Positions 18,332 through 29,022 of a stretch of 64,000 bases of DNA are shown in pieces. The number at the start of each line of letters is the position of its first letter. The first letter of the stretch is position 1. The notes beneath the pieces are model-generated. The model made no database searches. It had not been told where the DNA came from and saw only the letters and a program-made list of their open reading frames with translations. Source of the DNA: Candidatus Borrarchaeum weybense (GTDB lineage Archaea; Asgardarchaeota; Sifarchaeia; Borrarchaeales; Borrarchaeaceae); the NCBI GenBank assembly GCA_019057385.1, contig JAHQJS010000005.1:379130-443129 (forward strand), read 5' to 3'. The position numbers and the translations under genes were made by a program.

Positions 18332-19861
18332 TCACATTAAAACCTTGTGATTATTTATAAAACTCCACGTTTTATGATAATCATCAATCTTTCCGTAAGA
18401 GGAAAGACCATCCTTAAGGTTATCGGGCTGTGTGCTCGTCACCGAGTTCAACACATGCGTCATCACTACTATTTTTTTCAGTAGTTCGGTAGTCTTGCAG
18501 GAGGTTATCCCGCTGTGCTTGAAGAGGTCATGGATCATCGACCATTTACGGTAAGGACTGCCCTGTTTCACACGGGGCTCGATGAACTCCCCGACGTGTG
18601 AGAGCACCCAATCGTAAATGGCTGGAAATGCTTCCTTGAAACCCAAGCCTCTTCGAGCTATTACATAACTTGCTAAATGATGTGTTGACAAATTATGTAA
18701 TCGTGAATACTTGTATTTCCCGATGAGGGAGGTATATCCGGCAAAGACTTTTCGGAAGGACACACCGCGCTTTTTGCACTTTCTCTCTAATAATTGTAAG
18801 GCGGTGGTCTTCAAATTGCTTACTTTTCGGTTGCGTGTTGTATTATAGGAAAATTCTTGGTCGAATTGTAAGTCCTCGACCACGATGCCTTTGCCTTTAT
18901 TGATGCAATAATTGACGATCTTATCCATCTTGTAGGAGATATAATCTTTACGTTTGTCTGTCCGATAGCTGTGAAGGTTTCCAAACGAGATGCTATGATA
19001 GGAGAGTAAATTGCCGTTGTTATCCACATTGGTTAACGCCACAAAATTGTAGTTGAAATCTAATCCGATGGCACCATGTTCGTAGCCGTAAATTGGTGTG
19101 GGTTCTGGGAGGTCATAGGACACATGAGCAAAGTAACGTACTTCCCCTTTAAAGAGCTGTCTTTTTACGGTTACTGTATATTTGTCAGCTTTAAGAATTT
19201 CATGAAAGCATTTCTCCTGCACATGATTGACAGATATAGGGATGGTCAGCCATTTGCGTCCCTTTTGCTTGGAAACAGTTCGTATCTTGACGGTTTTATC
19301 GGGTAAAACCTTGATGTTCACGTTTTTCAATCTGTATTGTTTCTTTCCGATACACCTGAAGGAAGAATCCCGTCGTATCTTGAACTCTTCTCTACTTATG
19401 TTGCCAAGAATTCGGTCTCTAAATAATTTCTTAGTGCCAAACACTACGGGTGTAAGCTGTAAATTGTGCAATTTAGCCATTATGGAAGATCTGCGAGCGT
19501 ATAAGCCATTTAGCCGTCTGTCGTGTGTATTGTACTCCTTTATTTTGTTGATTTTCTTGTTAATGGTTTTTAGCTGTTTGGTCATGTAGTTCCGTCGTTT
19601 TTCCAGCCATGTGTGTTGTGCATCCAGTTTCGCCTTGTTATCAATCAAGATGGTGTTAACATAGGCGTTATTATGACATAGACTCATCAAACACCGCTGG
19701 ATAGTTTTTACTTCACCAAATCGTTCCGTTATGTGGTCCTCGCCATGAAACAGCAGGTTATACCCAATCCTTTTCACTCGGTTATAGATAGTGAAGATTT
19801 CATTTAGGGCGTATTCCTGTTTTTTGTCGGGATAGATACGAAATTTAACAGTTTGGATCAT
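18332..19861 (-). CDS. tnpB: atypical TnpB-related protein (no Zn finger, His at RuvC-III)
   Basis: N-terminal TVKFRIYPD..Q, GLDFN, IVVEDL, YTSLIG..KY, HHLASYVIARRGLG. Confidence 0.8.
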   Translation of the reverse strand: MIQTVKFRIYPDKKQEYALNEIFTIYNRVKRIGYNLLFHGEDHITERFGEVKTIQRCLMSLCHNNAYVNTILIDNKAKLDAQHTWLEKRRNYMTKQLKTINKKINKIKEYNTHDRRLNGLYARRSSIMAKLHNLQLTPVVFGTKKLFRDRILGNISREEFKIRRDSSFRCIGKKQYRLKNVNIKVLPDKTVKIRTVSKQKGRKWLTIPISVNHVQEKCFHEILKADKYTVTVKRQLFKGEVRYFAHVSYDLPEPTPIYGYEHGAIGLDFNYNFVALTNVDNNGNLLSYHSISFGNLHSYRTDKRKDYISYKMDKIVNYCINKGKGIVVEDLQFDQEFSYNTTRNRKVSNLKTTALQLLERKCKKRGVSFRKVFAGYTSLIGKYKYSRLHNLSTHHLASYVIARRGLGFKEAFPAIYDWVLSHVGEFIEPRVKQGSPYRKWSMIHDLFKHSGITSCKTTELLKKIVVMTHVLNSVTSTQPDNLKDGLSSYGKIDDYHKTWSFINNHKVLM

Positions 19862-20068
19862 TGTGTTTCTTCCTTAACTTCCCCTACAGTCTTTTTTTGG
19901 CGTTATCAGAAAATTATTATACAATATTATATATGTAATTTCTGGTTTATATAGTTTTTGATGTTTATAAAAGCGATAAAATTTCAAACGTTCCTTTATA
20001 TTATATACATGGTATTTGGGTAATGTTTTTAAACAGTATAGTCTATATAGTTATTCAGGGAATGGAAT

Positions 20069-20287
20069 ATGAAACGGTCATTGCTTGAGATCGTAAAAAC
20101 ACTTTTTGACACGCTTGATGAAAATGGATCAAATCCGTTTATTCGCACTAAAGAGATCGTTGAGAAAACAGGAATAAGTCATCGCTCTCTAAAGCCACTG
20201 GTCGAATTGATTCAGTTTATTCAAGAACAAAGACCTCTCAAATTTATCCAACAATCGCCAAGGGTAACACTGTATTTCCTTGAGTAA
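20069..20287 (+). CDS. small winged-helix-like protein divergent from the tnpB-like gene
   Basis: TKEIVEKTGISHRSL helix-turn-helix pattern. Confidence 0.55.
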   Translation: MKRSLLEIVKTLFDTLDENGSNPFIRTKEIVEKTGISHRSLKPLVELIQFIQEQRPLKFIQQSPRVTLYFLE

Positions 20288-20522
20288 GGAATATTTGTTT
20301 AAAAGGAAAATATGCAATCAAAGCTGGTTTTAAAGGCAATCACAACTCGTTATTACCTTAATTCTTTTAAATTACTCTTTATACAGTTACGGCGCTATAT
20401 AACATCCCTTTCAACGCTGTGCCATAATATTCTGCTCTCATCGGGAATTATAACTGTTACCGTCCAATCCCTTCACATTAAAATAAATTTGCAAAAATAG
20501 AAGTAAAAAATCAAGGAAGTTA

Positions 20523-20795
20523 TTAGTCTTTACCGGTGCACTCGTTAACAAACTTCAAAACAGCATCCCCGAGAAGCTCACCTGTATCAGAAATCATATC
20601 CTTTGCGCGCAGAATATCATCTCCGATGCGTAACGCCGGGAGTGCAAAGATGTCTTTCATCAAAGCTTCAACTTTATGGTCTGGGTTCTCTTGAATGTTT
20701 AATGGGTTATAGGATAGGCCTTTTTCTTCTAAAAATGCTTTTAGTTTTTTACAGTTTGGACACACATTTTCTTCAAAGATTTCTATTTTGGTCAT
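20523..20795 (-). CDS. glutaredoxin/NrdH-like protein
   Basis: N-terminal CPNC, LPAL cis-Pro region. Confidence 0.85.
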   Translation of the reverse strand: MTKIEIFEENVCPNCKKLKAFLEEKGLSYNPLNIQENPDHKVEALMKDIFALPALRIGDDILRAKDMISDTGELLGDAVLKFVNECTGKD

Positions 20796-20953
20796 ATTAT
20801 CTCAGCTCGTTAGACTTGTTAAAATTTGGATATTGTGATAAACCATATTTAAACTTGGATATTATGATAAGTAATTTTCCATTTAGACCTGAAAATTTAT
20901 GTAAAATGTGAACATAAAGCGTAAGACTGCTAATATATAGAGAGTGTATCGCA

Positions 20954-22285
20954 ATGACTGAGTTTTCTGATGAATATATTAAAAAAACATCAAGATCAAG
21001 AGAGTTATTCGAAAGAGCAAAGAAGGTAATGCCAGGAGGCGTATGCCACAATATAAGATATTTTCCACCATATCCCCTCTATATCGATGGACAGAAAGGT
21101 GCAAAGGGATCCAAGATTTTTGATGTTGATGGCAATGAACTCGTTGATTTTTGGATGGGTCACTATGCTATGATCTTAGGGCACGCTCCTCAACCTATTA
21201 TCAATGCTCTAAAAGAGCAACTTGAATATGGGACACATTGGGGGATTGTTAATGATCTACAGGTGGAGTTAGCAGAACTGGTTCATAATATTGTTCCATG
21301 CGCCGAACTGGTTCGATTTGGTGTATCGGGAACTGAAGCGACAATGTATGCGGTGAGGTTGGCACGAGCGTTTACTAACAGAAAAACAATTATGAAAGTA
21401 GATGGAGGCTGGCATGGTGGAAATACGGACCTTTCAGTAGCCATCCATTCCCCATATAATCTGCCAGAATCGGCAGGCCTACTTCCAGAAGCAACAAAGT
21501 ACACAAAATCTTTACCTTTCAATGATATTGAGTTCGCCTCACAAATTCTTAGAGAAAACAAAGAAGATCTTGCAGCAGTAATTATTGAGCCAGTTGTTGG
21601 AGCTGGAGGTGCTATTCCTGCTGAAAAAGAATATCTGAAAGTTTTAAGGGAGTTAACAGAAGAATTTGGTGGAATTTTGATTTTCGATGAGGTGATTACT
21701 GGTTTTCGGCTGGCTTTAGCCGGTGCACAAGAATTTTACGGTATTATACCTGATTTGGCAACGCTAGGAAAAATACTCGGTGGCGGCATGCCCATTGGGG
21801 CCGTTGTTGGTAGAGAAGATATTCTAGATCTGGCAAATCCACTAAAAGAACGAGAAAAGTGGGAGTCTGTACTGATGGGAGGCGGAACCTTCTCGATAAA
21901 TCCATTGACTATGCGGACAGGCATTGCCACGTTATCCCTATTACAAAGAGATGAAACCAAGATTTATCCAAAAATCAATGCGATGGGTTTAAAGGCTAGA
22001 CAAGGCCTTGAAAAGGCGTTACTTGAGCAGAATGTAAAATGCACAGGAGTGGGGTCATTTTTTCAGGTTCACTTCCCATTTCAAGAGGCAGTAACTCTAA
22101 AAAGTCCAAAAGATATAGAGACGCTTACTGATACCAAGAAAAGGGATCATGAATTTAAGCTAAGATTACTAAATAAAGGATTCTTTGTGATGCATGGCGG
22201 CGGTGCTGTTTCCACGGCACATAAAGAATCAGAAATTAACCAGTTGATTGAGGCTGCGAGTGTCATTGGATCTGAAATGGAATAG
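20954..22285 (+). CDS. hemL: class III PLP aminotransferase, glutamate-1-semialdehyde aminomutase-like
   Basis: MPGGV, SGTEATM.A.R.AR, FDEVITGFR, GK.LGGGMP.GA, GTFS.NP. Confidence 0.8.
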   Translation: MTEFSDEYIKKTSRSRELFERAKKVMPGGVCHNIRYFPPYPLYIDGQKGAKGSKIFDVDGNELVDFWMGHYAMILGHAPQPIINALKEQLEYGTHWGIVNDLQVELAELVHNIVPCAELVRFGVSGTEATMYAVRLARAFTNRKTIMKVDGGWHGGNTDLSVAIHSPYNLPESAGLLPEATKYTKSLPFNDIEFASQILRENKEDLAAVIIEPVVGAGGAIPAEKEYLKVLRELTEEFGGILIFDEVITGFRLALAGAQEFYGIIPDLATLGKILGGGMPIGAVVGREDILDLANPLKEREKWESVLMGGGTFSINPLTMRTGIATLSLLQRDETKIYPKINAMGLKARQGLEKALLEQNVKCTGVGSFFQVHFPFQEAVTLKSPKDIETLTDTKKRDHEFKLRLLNKGFFVMHGGGAVSTAHKESEINQLIEAASVIGSEME

Positions 22286-22425
22286 ATGCGTGGTTACGCA
22301 AGGAGAAAAATATTTGGCGAAATCAGGCGTTTCGTACACGCTGTTATAACGACCAAAGTTTTCGCCAGCATGACATGAATATCAATCAATCGGAAAATCT
22401 ACAGTTTCTTCTACTACGTAATTTT

Positions 22426-23709
22426 TTAACGATAATGAAGGTTTCTGGCGGCAATAACTTCGGTTCCACTTTTAATGAGTGCTTTAGCAGTATTATTTAC
22501 AGCGGTATGTCGGTCAAGATAGTTTTGCATAAGATAATCCCAAATACCTTCTTCGGTTATCTGTTCTTTGGTTTTAAAGTAATCAAGGATATCAGAAGGA
22601 TAGTCTCTTGTTTTCTCTATTTCAATAGGCCCTCCTTCATGTTTAGCACTGATATTTTTTACTTTTTTAGCTAATTCTACTAATTCTGTGGTTCTATCAT
22701 AAGGCTGTCTAACTATAGATTTCCAAGTTTCAATGATATGATGTTCTAATCTGACGACATCTTCAAAACCAAATTCTTTTCTTATATATGCACTTAACTC
22801 TATAGTCGTATTATCAACCGCGTTAGATAAGTTAAAACCAATCAATGGCGAAGTGCCATCCTCTCGAGCAAATAGTTTAGCAGTCATTAGAGTCCATATC
22901 ACAGAGTAAGGATTGTCGTTTCCCATATAAACAGAGATTTTGAATTCATTATTAATACCAAGTTTGTGAAGGAGGTAGCCTAATAGTACAGTCCCTGGAT
23001 TAATGTTTAATACTTGTTTTATACCATAATTCGTATAGTAGTAGAGGAATTCATCAACCCACTTTAACGCAAAATCGTTTGGTTGTCCGACTCCTCCAAA
23101 ATAACCCGTTATTGTTTCAGGTCCACCTAAATGAACATTCACTGGAAGACCATCAGGTCCTGGAGCTGTACCTTTTGTGTCTAAGGTTTCTACGATAGAG
23201 CATCCCATAATATCTACAGCGGCTGTCATAGCTAAAAGATCTCCATCTTCCTCTTGCTCCTTCATTTTTCTTACTCTGATAAAACGTCCTGGCATTAGTT
23301 CTTGTTTTTCTATCATCTCTTTTGAGCCCTGAATTAGAAAGGGGAAATATTGACATGCTGAGAGTTCTAAAGTTACTGCAAAAGTTTTATCAGCAGTGAT
23401 CATGTCATAATCATCTCCTAACACTTTACGTTTGTAATCTTCATAACTTATGAACGCGTTAGTATCCCGTCGTTCCATTAACCAGTTTAAATCATTGACA
23501 TATTCTGGTTTTTTCGTTTCCAGTTTTTGTAAGATATTGTCTAGTTTTCGAGCTTCGGCTGCTTTTTTGTTTATTTCTTCCACTCCACCATACTTCTCTA
23601 TAACTTGGAAAAGGTCATTTATCAAAGGATTATTCTCATCTAGAAGGAATTTTTGAACTGCTTCAAAATTCTGCTGGGAGATTTTTAATTTCTCTCTTAA
23701 ATTACCCAT
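22426..23709 (-). CDS. conserved hypothetical protein (427 aa)
   Basis: long ORF, GGAGG SD before MGNLREK; enzyme-like conserved-looking segments (NVHLGGPETITGYFGG, RLEHH, SAKHEGG). Confidence 0.75.
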   Translation of the reverse strand: MGNLREKLKISQQNFEAVQKFLLDENNPLINDLFQVIEKYGGVEEINKKAAEARKLDNILQKLETKKPEYVNDLNWLMERRDTNAFISYEDYKRKVLGDDYDMITADKTFAVTLELSACQYFPFLIQGSKEMIEKQELMPGRFIRVRKMKEQEEDGDLLAMTAAVDIMGCSIVETLDTKGTAPGPDGLPVNVHLGGPETITGYFGGVGQPNDFALKWVDEFLYYYTNYGIKQVLNINPGTVLLGYLLHKLGINNEFKISVYMGNDNPYSVIWTLMTAKLFAREDGTSPLIGFNLSNAVDNTTIELSAYIRKEFGFEDVVRLEHHIIETWKSIVRQPYDRTTELVELAKKVKNISAKHEGGPIEIEKTRDYPSDILDYFKTKEQITEEGIWDYLMQNYLDRHTAVNNTAKALIKSGTEVIAARNLHYR

Positions 23710-23739
23710 ATAAAATCCTCCAAATATCTGTAATTTCAT

Positions 23740-23785
23740 AATTTACCTCGCACGGAGACCCTCCAACTTCATGGGGGTAGTTGAT
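23740..23785 (-). mobile_element. fused left/right-end mini-element related to the 13327 element
   Basis: ATCAACTACCCCCATGAAGTTGGAGGGTCTCCGTGCGAGGTAAATT followed by ATGA, as at 13705. Confidence 0.6.
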
Positions 23786-24073
23786 TTTTAACATCCTTAT
23801 GTCAACATATAACATAGTGTTTCTAAGATAAAAGTCTGACGGGACTTTGTCGTTCAAAATAACTGCCATTTATTTTTTGTGAAGATTATTATTTTTTTTA
23901 ACGAATGGAACGACAAGGGCAATTGTTAATGAGATATATGCGATGAAATTCAATATTAATTGCATGCATAATTGCATTAAAAGTGAAGTGAAATCATTCG
24001 AAGCCATCTTTGTTCGAATTCCAGCTATGCGACTTAATTTCATTAAAAAAAAGAAGTTATTTGAATCGATAGA

Positions 24074-24760
24074 TTATCCACTAATTTTTCCATCTCTCAT
24101 TTTAACAATTCGGCTTGCATACTTTTTCCAAGTTTCATTGTGGGATACAACGACGATTGTACTGTTTTGTTCTTTGTTAAGTTTTACTAGCAGTTCAAAG
24201 AACTCTTCACCAGCTTGGGTATCGAGATTGCCTGTCGGCTCATCTGCGAAGATCACCCTCGGTGAATTAATTAATGCACGTGCAATAGCTGCTCTTTGCT
24301 GTTCTCCACCACTGAGCTGATTTGGTTTATGATCCTTTCTGTCAATCAGGTCTACTGCACGTAAAACCTCATAAGCTTTTTCCTCGATTTTCTTGTTTTT
24401 AAACTTTGAAGGCCATAATGGGCATGTTATATTTTCAAAAACAGTCATATCTTTGACTAAATTGAACTCTTGGAAGACAAACCCAATTTTTTCCCGTCTC
24501 AGCTTCGGAAATTCCTTCTCATCAATTTTGTCTGTGTCCATCCCATCGAATATGACTCGACCTGTACTTGGTTGATCAAGTCCTGCCATAACATTCATCA
24601 GTGTAGTTTTTCCACAACCAGATGGACCAACGATTAAAAGGAAATCTCTTTCTCGGACTTCCATATTGATATCTTTGAGTGCAACGACTATTTCTTTACC
24701 TCTTTTGTATTCCTTACTTACTTTCTCTACCAAAACCACTGGAACTGACACTATAATCAA
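24074..24760 (-). CDS. LolD/MacB-type ABC ATPase
   Basis: GPSGCGKTT, IGFVFQ, LSGGEQQR, ADEPTGNLD. Confidence 0.92.
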   Translation of the reverse strand: MIIVSVPVVLVEKVSKEYKRGKEIVVALKDINMEVRERDFLLIVGPSGCGKTTLMNVMAGLDQPSTGRVIFDGMDTDKIDEKEFPKLRREKIGFVFQEFNLVKDMTVFENITCPLWPSKFKNKKIEEKAYEVLRAVDLIDRKDHKPNQLSGGEQQRAAIARALINSPRVIFADEPTGNLDTQAGEEFFELLVKLNKEQNSTIVVVSHNETWKKYASRIVKMRDGKISG

Positions 24761-24769
24761 CTCCTTAAT

Positions 24770-25312
24770 CTATAAGGCTCTAAAAGCTTCCATTGGCCTA
24801 ATATTCAGTACACGCCAATAAGCTATTAGTACACCAGGTATTTGAAAGATTACAATGATCACGAATGTGAGAATAAGTGTACTTCTGGTTAATATTAAAG
24901 TGCTAACGTTCACTAAGAATGAAATGTATTCGTTAATGCCTAAAAGATGAATATCCATTTCTACTAGTAAGATATAACCCACTAAAGCCACCAATAGAAT
25001 TTCGCTTATTATAAGCATTCTTACATTGTTATTTCCCCATCCAATAGCTTTCAAAACCGCAATATCTCTTTTTCTAAAAGTTGAAATGAGGAATCCATAT
25101 AGAGTAGAGACGATAGCACTACCTATCAATGTGCTTGTCAGCCTAATTTGTGCTTCAGTTAATTGCCCGCCTAGGCTAAATCCTGTGCCACTTACAGCAT
25201 TTAGGTTTATGGCTATTAACCATGCTAAGGCAGAATAAACAACAACAAATGATATGAAGCGGATTTTGGATCTAGTCGCTAGTTTCATGCCTTGCCAGAA
25301 TATATTGACCAA
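24770..25312 (-). CDS. FtsX-like permease
   Basis: RKRDIAVLKAIGW motif, TM helices, C-terminal P.EAFR. Confidence 0.8.
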   Translation of the reverse strand: MVNIFWQGMKLATRSKIRFISFVVVYSALAWLIAINLNAVSGTGFSLGGQLTEAQIRLTSTLIGSAIVSTLYGFLISTFRKRDIAVLKAIGWGNNNVRMLIISEILLVALVGYILLVEMDIHLLGINEYISFLVNVSTLILTRSTLILTFVIIVIFQIPGVLIAYWRVLNIRPMEAFRAL

Positions 25313-25514
25313 TTGTTGTTCCTCCTCAAAGATCTTGTTGTAAACTGTTTCAAATGCAATTAGAGAATTGTATATCTTCTTATGATTAGTTTTGCACCGT
25401 GCCTAATATAAGCTGCGGTGAGCATCCTTTCAACAGAAGAGCATTAGTAATTCAAGAGGCTGACAGATCTGATTTTCATAAAAAGATGAATCTTAAATCG
25501 CATGCAAACTATTT

Positions 25515-26990
25515 TTAAGAAAAAGTCGCTAATTTTTCTTTTACCTGTTCTAAGAAAGCTATCAAAGATGAAATTTTATTCATTAATTTTTCCAATTCCT
25601 TTTCCTTGTTCATAATAGCAGAGCGTACAGTATCAGGAGAGGGACCGCTTATTATCTTTCTGGATTTGACACTCTCCATTGGATCTATAGCTTGAATGAG
25701 TTTATTAAAATCAATATCAAGTTTGTTGTTGATAGTTTCAAGACATATTTTGTCAAATAGGTTTTTGTCTAAATCGGTTAGTTTTTTTCGCCCCATTTCA
25801 AGAAGCGCAAGTACGATATTGCTTACTAATCTATGTGTGGTTCTAAAAGGAAGTTGAGTGTGAGAAACTAAGAAATCGGCGAGATCAGTTGCAGTTATAA
25901 AACTGTTTACACACATTTCCTTCATTCTATTTTTATTAACGCTCATGCCTTCGATGCATTCAGTCAGCATATTAACAGAAGAATAAGTAATTTCGAATCC
26001 ATGCCATAGATATTTTGTTAACTCTTGCAGATCTAAATTATAACTTAAGGGAAGCGCTTTTATCATTGAAAGACTTGTCATTAGATCTCCGAAGACGGTT
26101 GCTGCTTTTGCTCTTATTAATTCTGGAACGGAAGCATTTTTTTTCTGGGGCATAATGCTGCTTGTTGATGTAAACATGTCAGGCAATTCTAAATAACTAA
26201 ATTCAGAAGTACTCCAAAGAATCAGTTCTTCTGAGATTTGGCTGAGATATAGCATTACCATTGAATAAATTGAGAGTACCTCAAGTAAAAAATCTCGTGA
26301 TGCTACTGCGTCAATTGAGTTGTCCATTAACTTGTTAAAGCCAAGTAACTCAGAAATTCTTTCGCGTGAGATGGGGAAAGTAGTTGTGGCTAAGGCCGCA
26401 GCGCCCATTGGGCACACATTCACCCTAGGAAAGGCATCTATAAGCCGATCTACGTTCCTAAACAATGCGTTAACATGGGAGAGAAAATGATGCGCTAGCG
26501 TTATTGGCTGCGCGTGTTGAAGATGTGTATAGCCTGGCATTAGGGTATCAACGTGCACTTTTGCAAAATTGAGAAGAGTCTTAATAAGGGCAACAAGATT
26601 TTTTGCTACAAGAAGTATATCCTCTCGAGTAACTATTCGGAGAGCAGTATTTTGCTGATCATTACGAGATTTCGCTGTATGAATTCTTCCTCCGATATCT
26701 TCTCCTATTTTCTCTATAACTCTAGCTTCAACGTTCATATGGGCATCTTCCAGCATTGGATCTAGTTCCATCTCTGGATCTAGCGCATTTAAAGCCTTCA
26801 AGATTTGTTTTGATGTCTTATCGTCAATAATGTTACATTCAACTAGCATTATGCAGTGTGCTTTGTTGATGTCAATCACAGCATTGACCAGTCTTCTGTC
26901 GCTGTCGATAGATGAAGAAAAATCAGCGATATCCTTTGGTTGTTTCCCTAGCCGCTTATGTCGTAGAAGATCTACTGAAGAATCGTCCAT
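25515..26990 (-). CDS. argH: argininosuccinate lyase
   Basis: SRNDQ, PGYTHLQ.AQP, SSIMPQKKN. Confidence 0.96.
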   Translation of the reverse strand: MDDSSVDLLRHKRLGKQPKDIADFSSSIDSDRRLVNAVIDINKAHCIMLVECNIIDDKTSKQILKALNALDPEMELDPMLEDAHMNVEARVIEKIGEDIGGRIHTAKSRNDQQNTALRIVTREDILLVAKNLVALIKTLLNFAKVHVDTLMPGYTHLQHAQPITLAHHFLSHVNALFRNVDRLIDAFPRVNVCPMGAAALATTTFPISRERISELLGFNKLMDNSIDAVASRDFLLEVLSIYSMVMLYLSQISEELILWSTSEFSYLELPDMFTSTSSIMPQKKNASVPELIRAKAATVFGDLMTSLSMIKALPLSYNLDLQELTKYLWHGFEITYSSVNMLTECIEGMSVNKNRMKEMCVNSFITATDLADFLVSHTQLPFRTTHRLVSNIVLALLEMGRKKLTDLDKNLFDKICLETINNKLDIDFNKLIQAIDPMESVKSRKIISGPSPDTVRSAIMNKEKELEKLMNKISSLIAFLEQVKEKLATFS

Positions 26991-27014
26991 GTGAACACCT
27001 AATAGTTTGAATGC

Positions 27015-28214
27015 CTAATGTTCTTTCGCATTATTATTTCTTGCGACTACGGTTGGAAGTCCCCATAGTTGGATGAAATTAACGGCCTTCTTTTGGTCAA
27101 AAGTAGACAGTTCTTCATATGTAGCAAGGTCATAGTCATAGAGCGAATTCGGTGACGTCCTTCCAACGACTATTTGATTTCCTTTATAGAGTTTTACTTT
27201 TACTGCACCATTTACAAGGGTCTGTGTATTGTTTATAAAAGCCTCTAGGTCATCTTTTAGTGGATCCATCCACAGACCAGTGTATGCAAGTTCAGTCCAT
27301 TTTTGATCTATTATAGGTTTAAAGTAATTCTCGTGACGAGTGAGTACCATTTTTTCTAAATCAGCATGTGCTTCTAATAGGATCATTGCAGCAGGACATT
27401 CATAGATTTCTCTTGATTTGATACCCACAAGCCTGTCTTCAATGTGATCAATACGTCCAACACCATGTTGGCCGCCTATTTCATTTAATTTTGCAATTAA
27501 TTCAACGCCATTCATTTTCTGATCGTTAAGGGAAACGGGTGCACCTTTTTCAAAACCTATGGTTACATATTCTGGTTCATCTGGGGCTTTGGTTGGATCA
27601 GTAGTCAGTTTAAAGATATCCTCTGGAGGCTCCTCCTCTGGATATTCAAGAATTCCACACTCTATAGAGCGTCCAAACATGTTTTCATCAATAGAGTAAA
27701 CACTGTGGGCGTCCGTTGGAATCCCGTGTTTCTTAGCGTATTCGATTTCGGCTGGGCGATCAAGATCCCATTCGCGTACGGGCGCTATTATTTTGAGTTT
27801 AGGATTCAACGCTGTTGTACAGATGTCTATACGAACTTGATCATTACCTTTTCCGGTACATCCATGCGCGACCGCGTCAGCATCTTCTTTTTTTGCAATT
27901 TCCACGAGTTTTGTTGATATAAGCGGACGAGAAAGCGCTGCATCTAACGGATATTTCCCTTGGTAGAGTGCATTTGCTCTAATGGCAGGTGTGATATAAT
28001 TATCAAAGAATTCCTGTTTTCCATTAATTTGATAGTGTTTCTCTACTCCTAAATCATACGCGCGAGACTCAGCCGCTTTGAAATCCTTTGGCTGCCCTAC
28101 ATCAATAATGACCGTTACTACATTTGCCGTATATTTTTCTTGTAGCCATTTCACACAAACAGAGGTATCAAGCCCTCCGCTATAAGCTAAAACTACTTTT
28201 TCAACATCTTTCAA
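27015..28214 (-). CDS. argG: argininosuccinate synthase
   Basis: LAYSGGLDTS, HGCTGKGNDQVR, GIKSRE.YE. Confidence 0.97.
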   Translation of the reverse strand: MKDVEKVVLAYSGGLDTSVCVKWLQEKYTANVVTVIIDVGQPKDFKAAESRAYDLGVEKHYQINGKQEFFDNYITPAIRANALYQGKYPLDAALSRPLISTKLVEIAKKEDADAVAHGCTGKGNDQVRIDICTTALNPKLKIIAPVREWDLDRPAEIEYAKKHGIPTDAHSVYSIDENMFGRSIECGILEYPEEEPPEDIFKLTTDPTKAPDEPEYVTIGFEKGAPVSLNDQKMNGVELIAKLNEIGGQHGVGRIDHIEDRLVGIKSREIYECPAAMILLEAHADLEKMVLTRHENYFKPIIDQKWTELAYTGLWMDPLKDDLEAFINNTQTLVNGAVKVKLYKGNQIVVGRTSPNSLYDYDLATYEELSTFDQKKAVNFIQLWGLPTVVARNNNAKEH

Positions 28215-28657
28215 GATTCAAACCTCCTTTAGTTGTAATATCATTTCTGTAAAACTTTAAATCTTCCATGAACATGAATAAAACAAGTTCAATACGCGAT
28301 AGAATTTTTATCTCAGAGAAAAAATATATTACGTCCTCTGAAATGGAAGAAAATATGTAAAAAAAAGTGCCGAAGTTATCTAGTTCGAGTGCGATCTCCT
28401 GGGTACCTCATACCCGTCATCTCTGCAGTATTTATAATCTATCTATCGCTTTTTAGCAATGATGATGCTATGCCATTTATAAATATTCACCTATCAAAAA
28501 CGCGCGCAACAAAGCATAAAAGTAAGTTTCAAAAAAGGTTATCAAAACATAAAGTCTTCAGTTCGAATGTTTATCTAATACTAAACTATAGCATTTCTGC
28601 TGACCGTTAATTGATTTCTGGAGCGGGGCGATCAACTTAATTAGGCGGTAAAAGGCT

Positions 28658-29002
28658 ATGTCGCGTGATGAAAAAAATGTAAAGATTATATTTGAATATT
28701 CTGGTCATACAACCGAAAAAATCTTGGCTAAATCTGAAGCGAAAGAATTAGAAATTATGGCGGTTTCAGGAGTATTCAAAAGACTTATAAGAGAAGTGTT
28801 GCGTGTTACACTCGCAATTTTAGAAAGTAAAGAGGATAAGATCAAGAAAAAAGATTTAGTCAGGGGACGCGGAGGAGACAAATACAGAGCGATAAAATAC
28901 CTGAAAGCAGAAGCTATAATCGAGGACAATAAAGGAGTAATTACAATACAAGACCTCGTAAAATTAAAAGAATTAAAGGATGAACTTTCCGATCTAGTAT
29001 AG
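28658..29002 (+). CDS. hypothetical protein, possible winged-helix C-terminus
   Basis: ORF with basic helix then beta-hairpin pattern (AIKYLKAEAIIEDNKGVITI). Confidence 0.5.
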   Translation: MSRDEKNVKIIFEYSGHTTEKILAKSEAKELEIMAVSGVFKRLIREVLRVTLAILESKEDKIKKKDLVRGRGGDKYRAIKYLKAEAIIEDNKGVITIQDLVKLKELKDELSDLV

Positions 29003-29022
29003 CGTGTTAAATTTCTTTTAAA

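Noticed and set aside
22314-22368. TGGCGAAA/TTTCGCCA inverted repeat between convergent genes
   Set aside because: most simply a 3'-end structure; no family features recognised
23710-23739. upstream ATG start given by the ORF track
   Set aside because: that ATG is the ATGA flank of the mini-element; the GGAGG SD supports ATG at 23709
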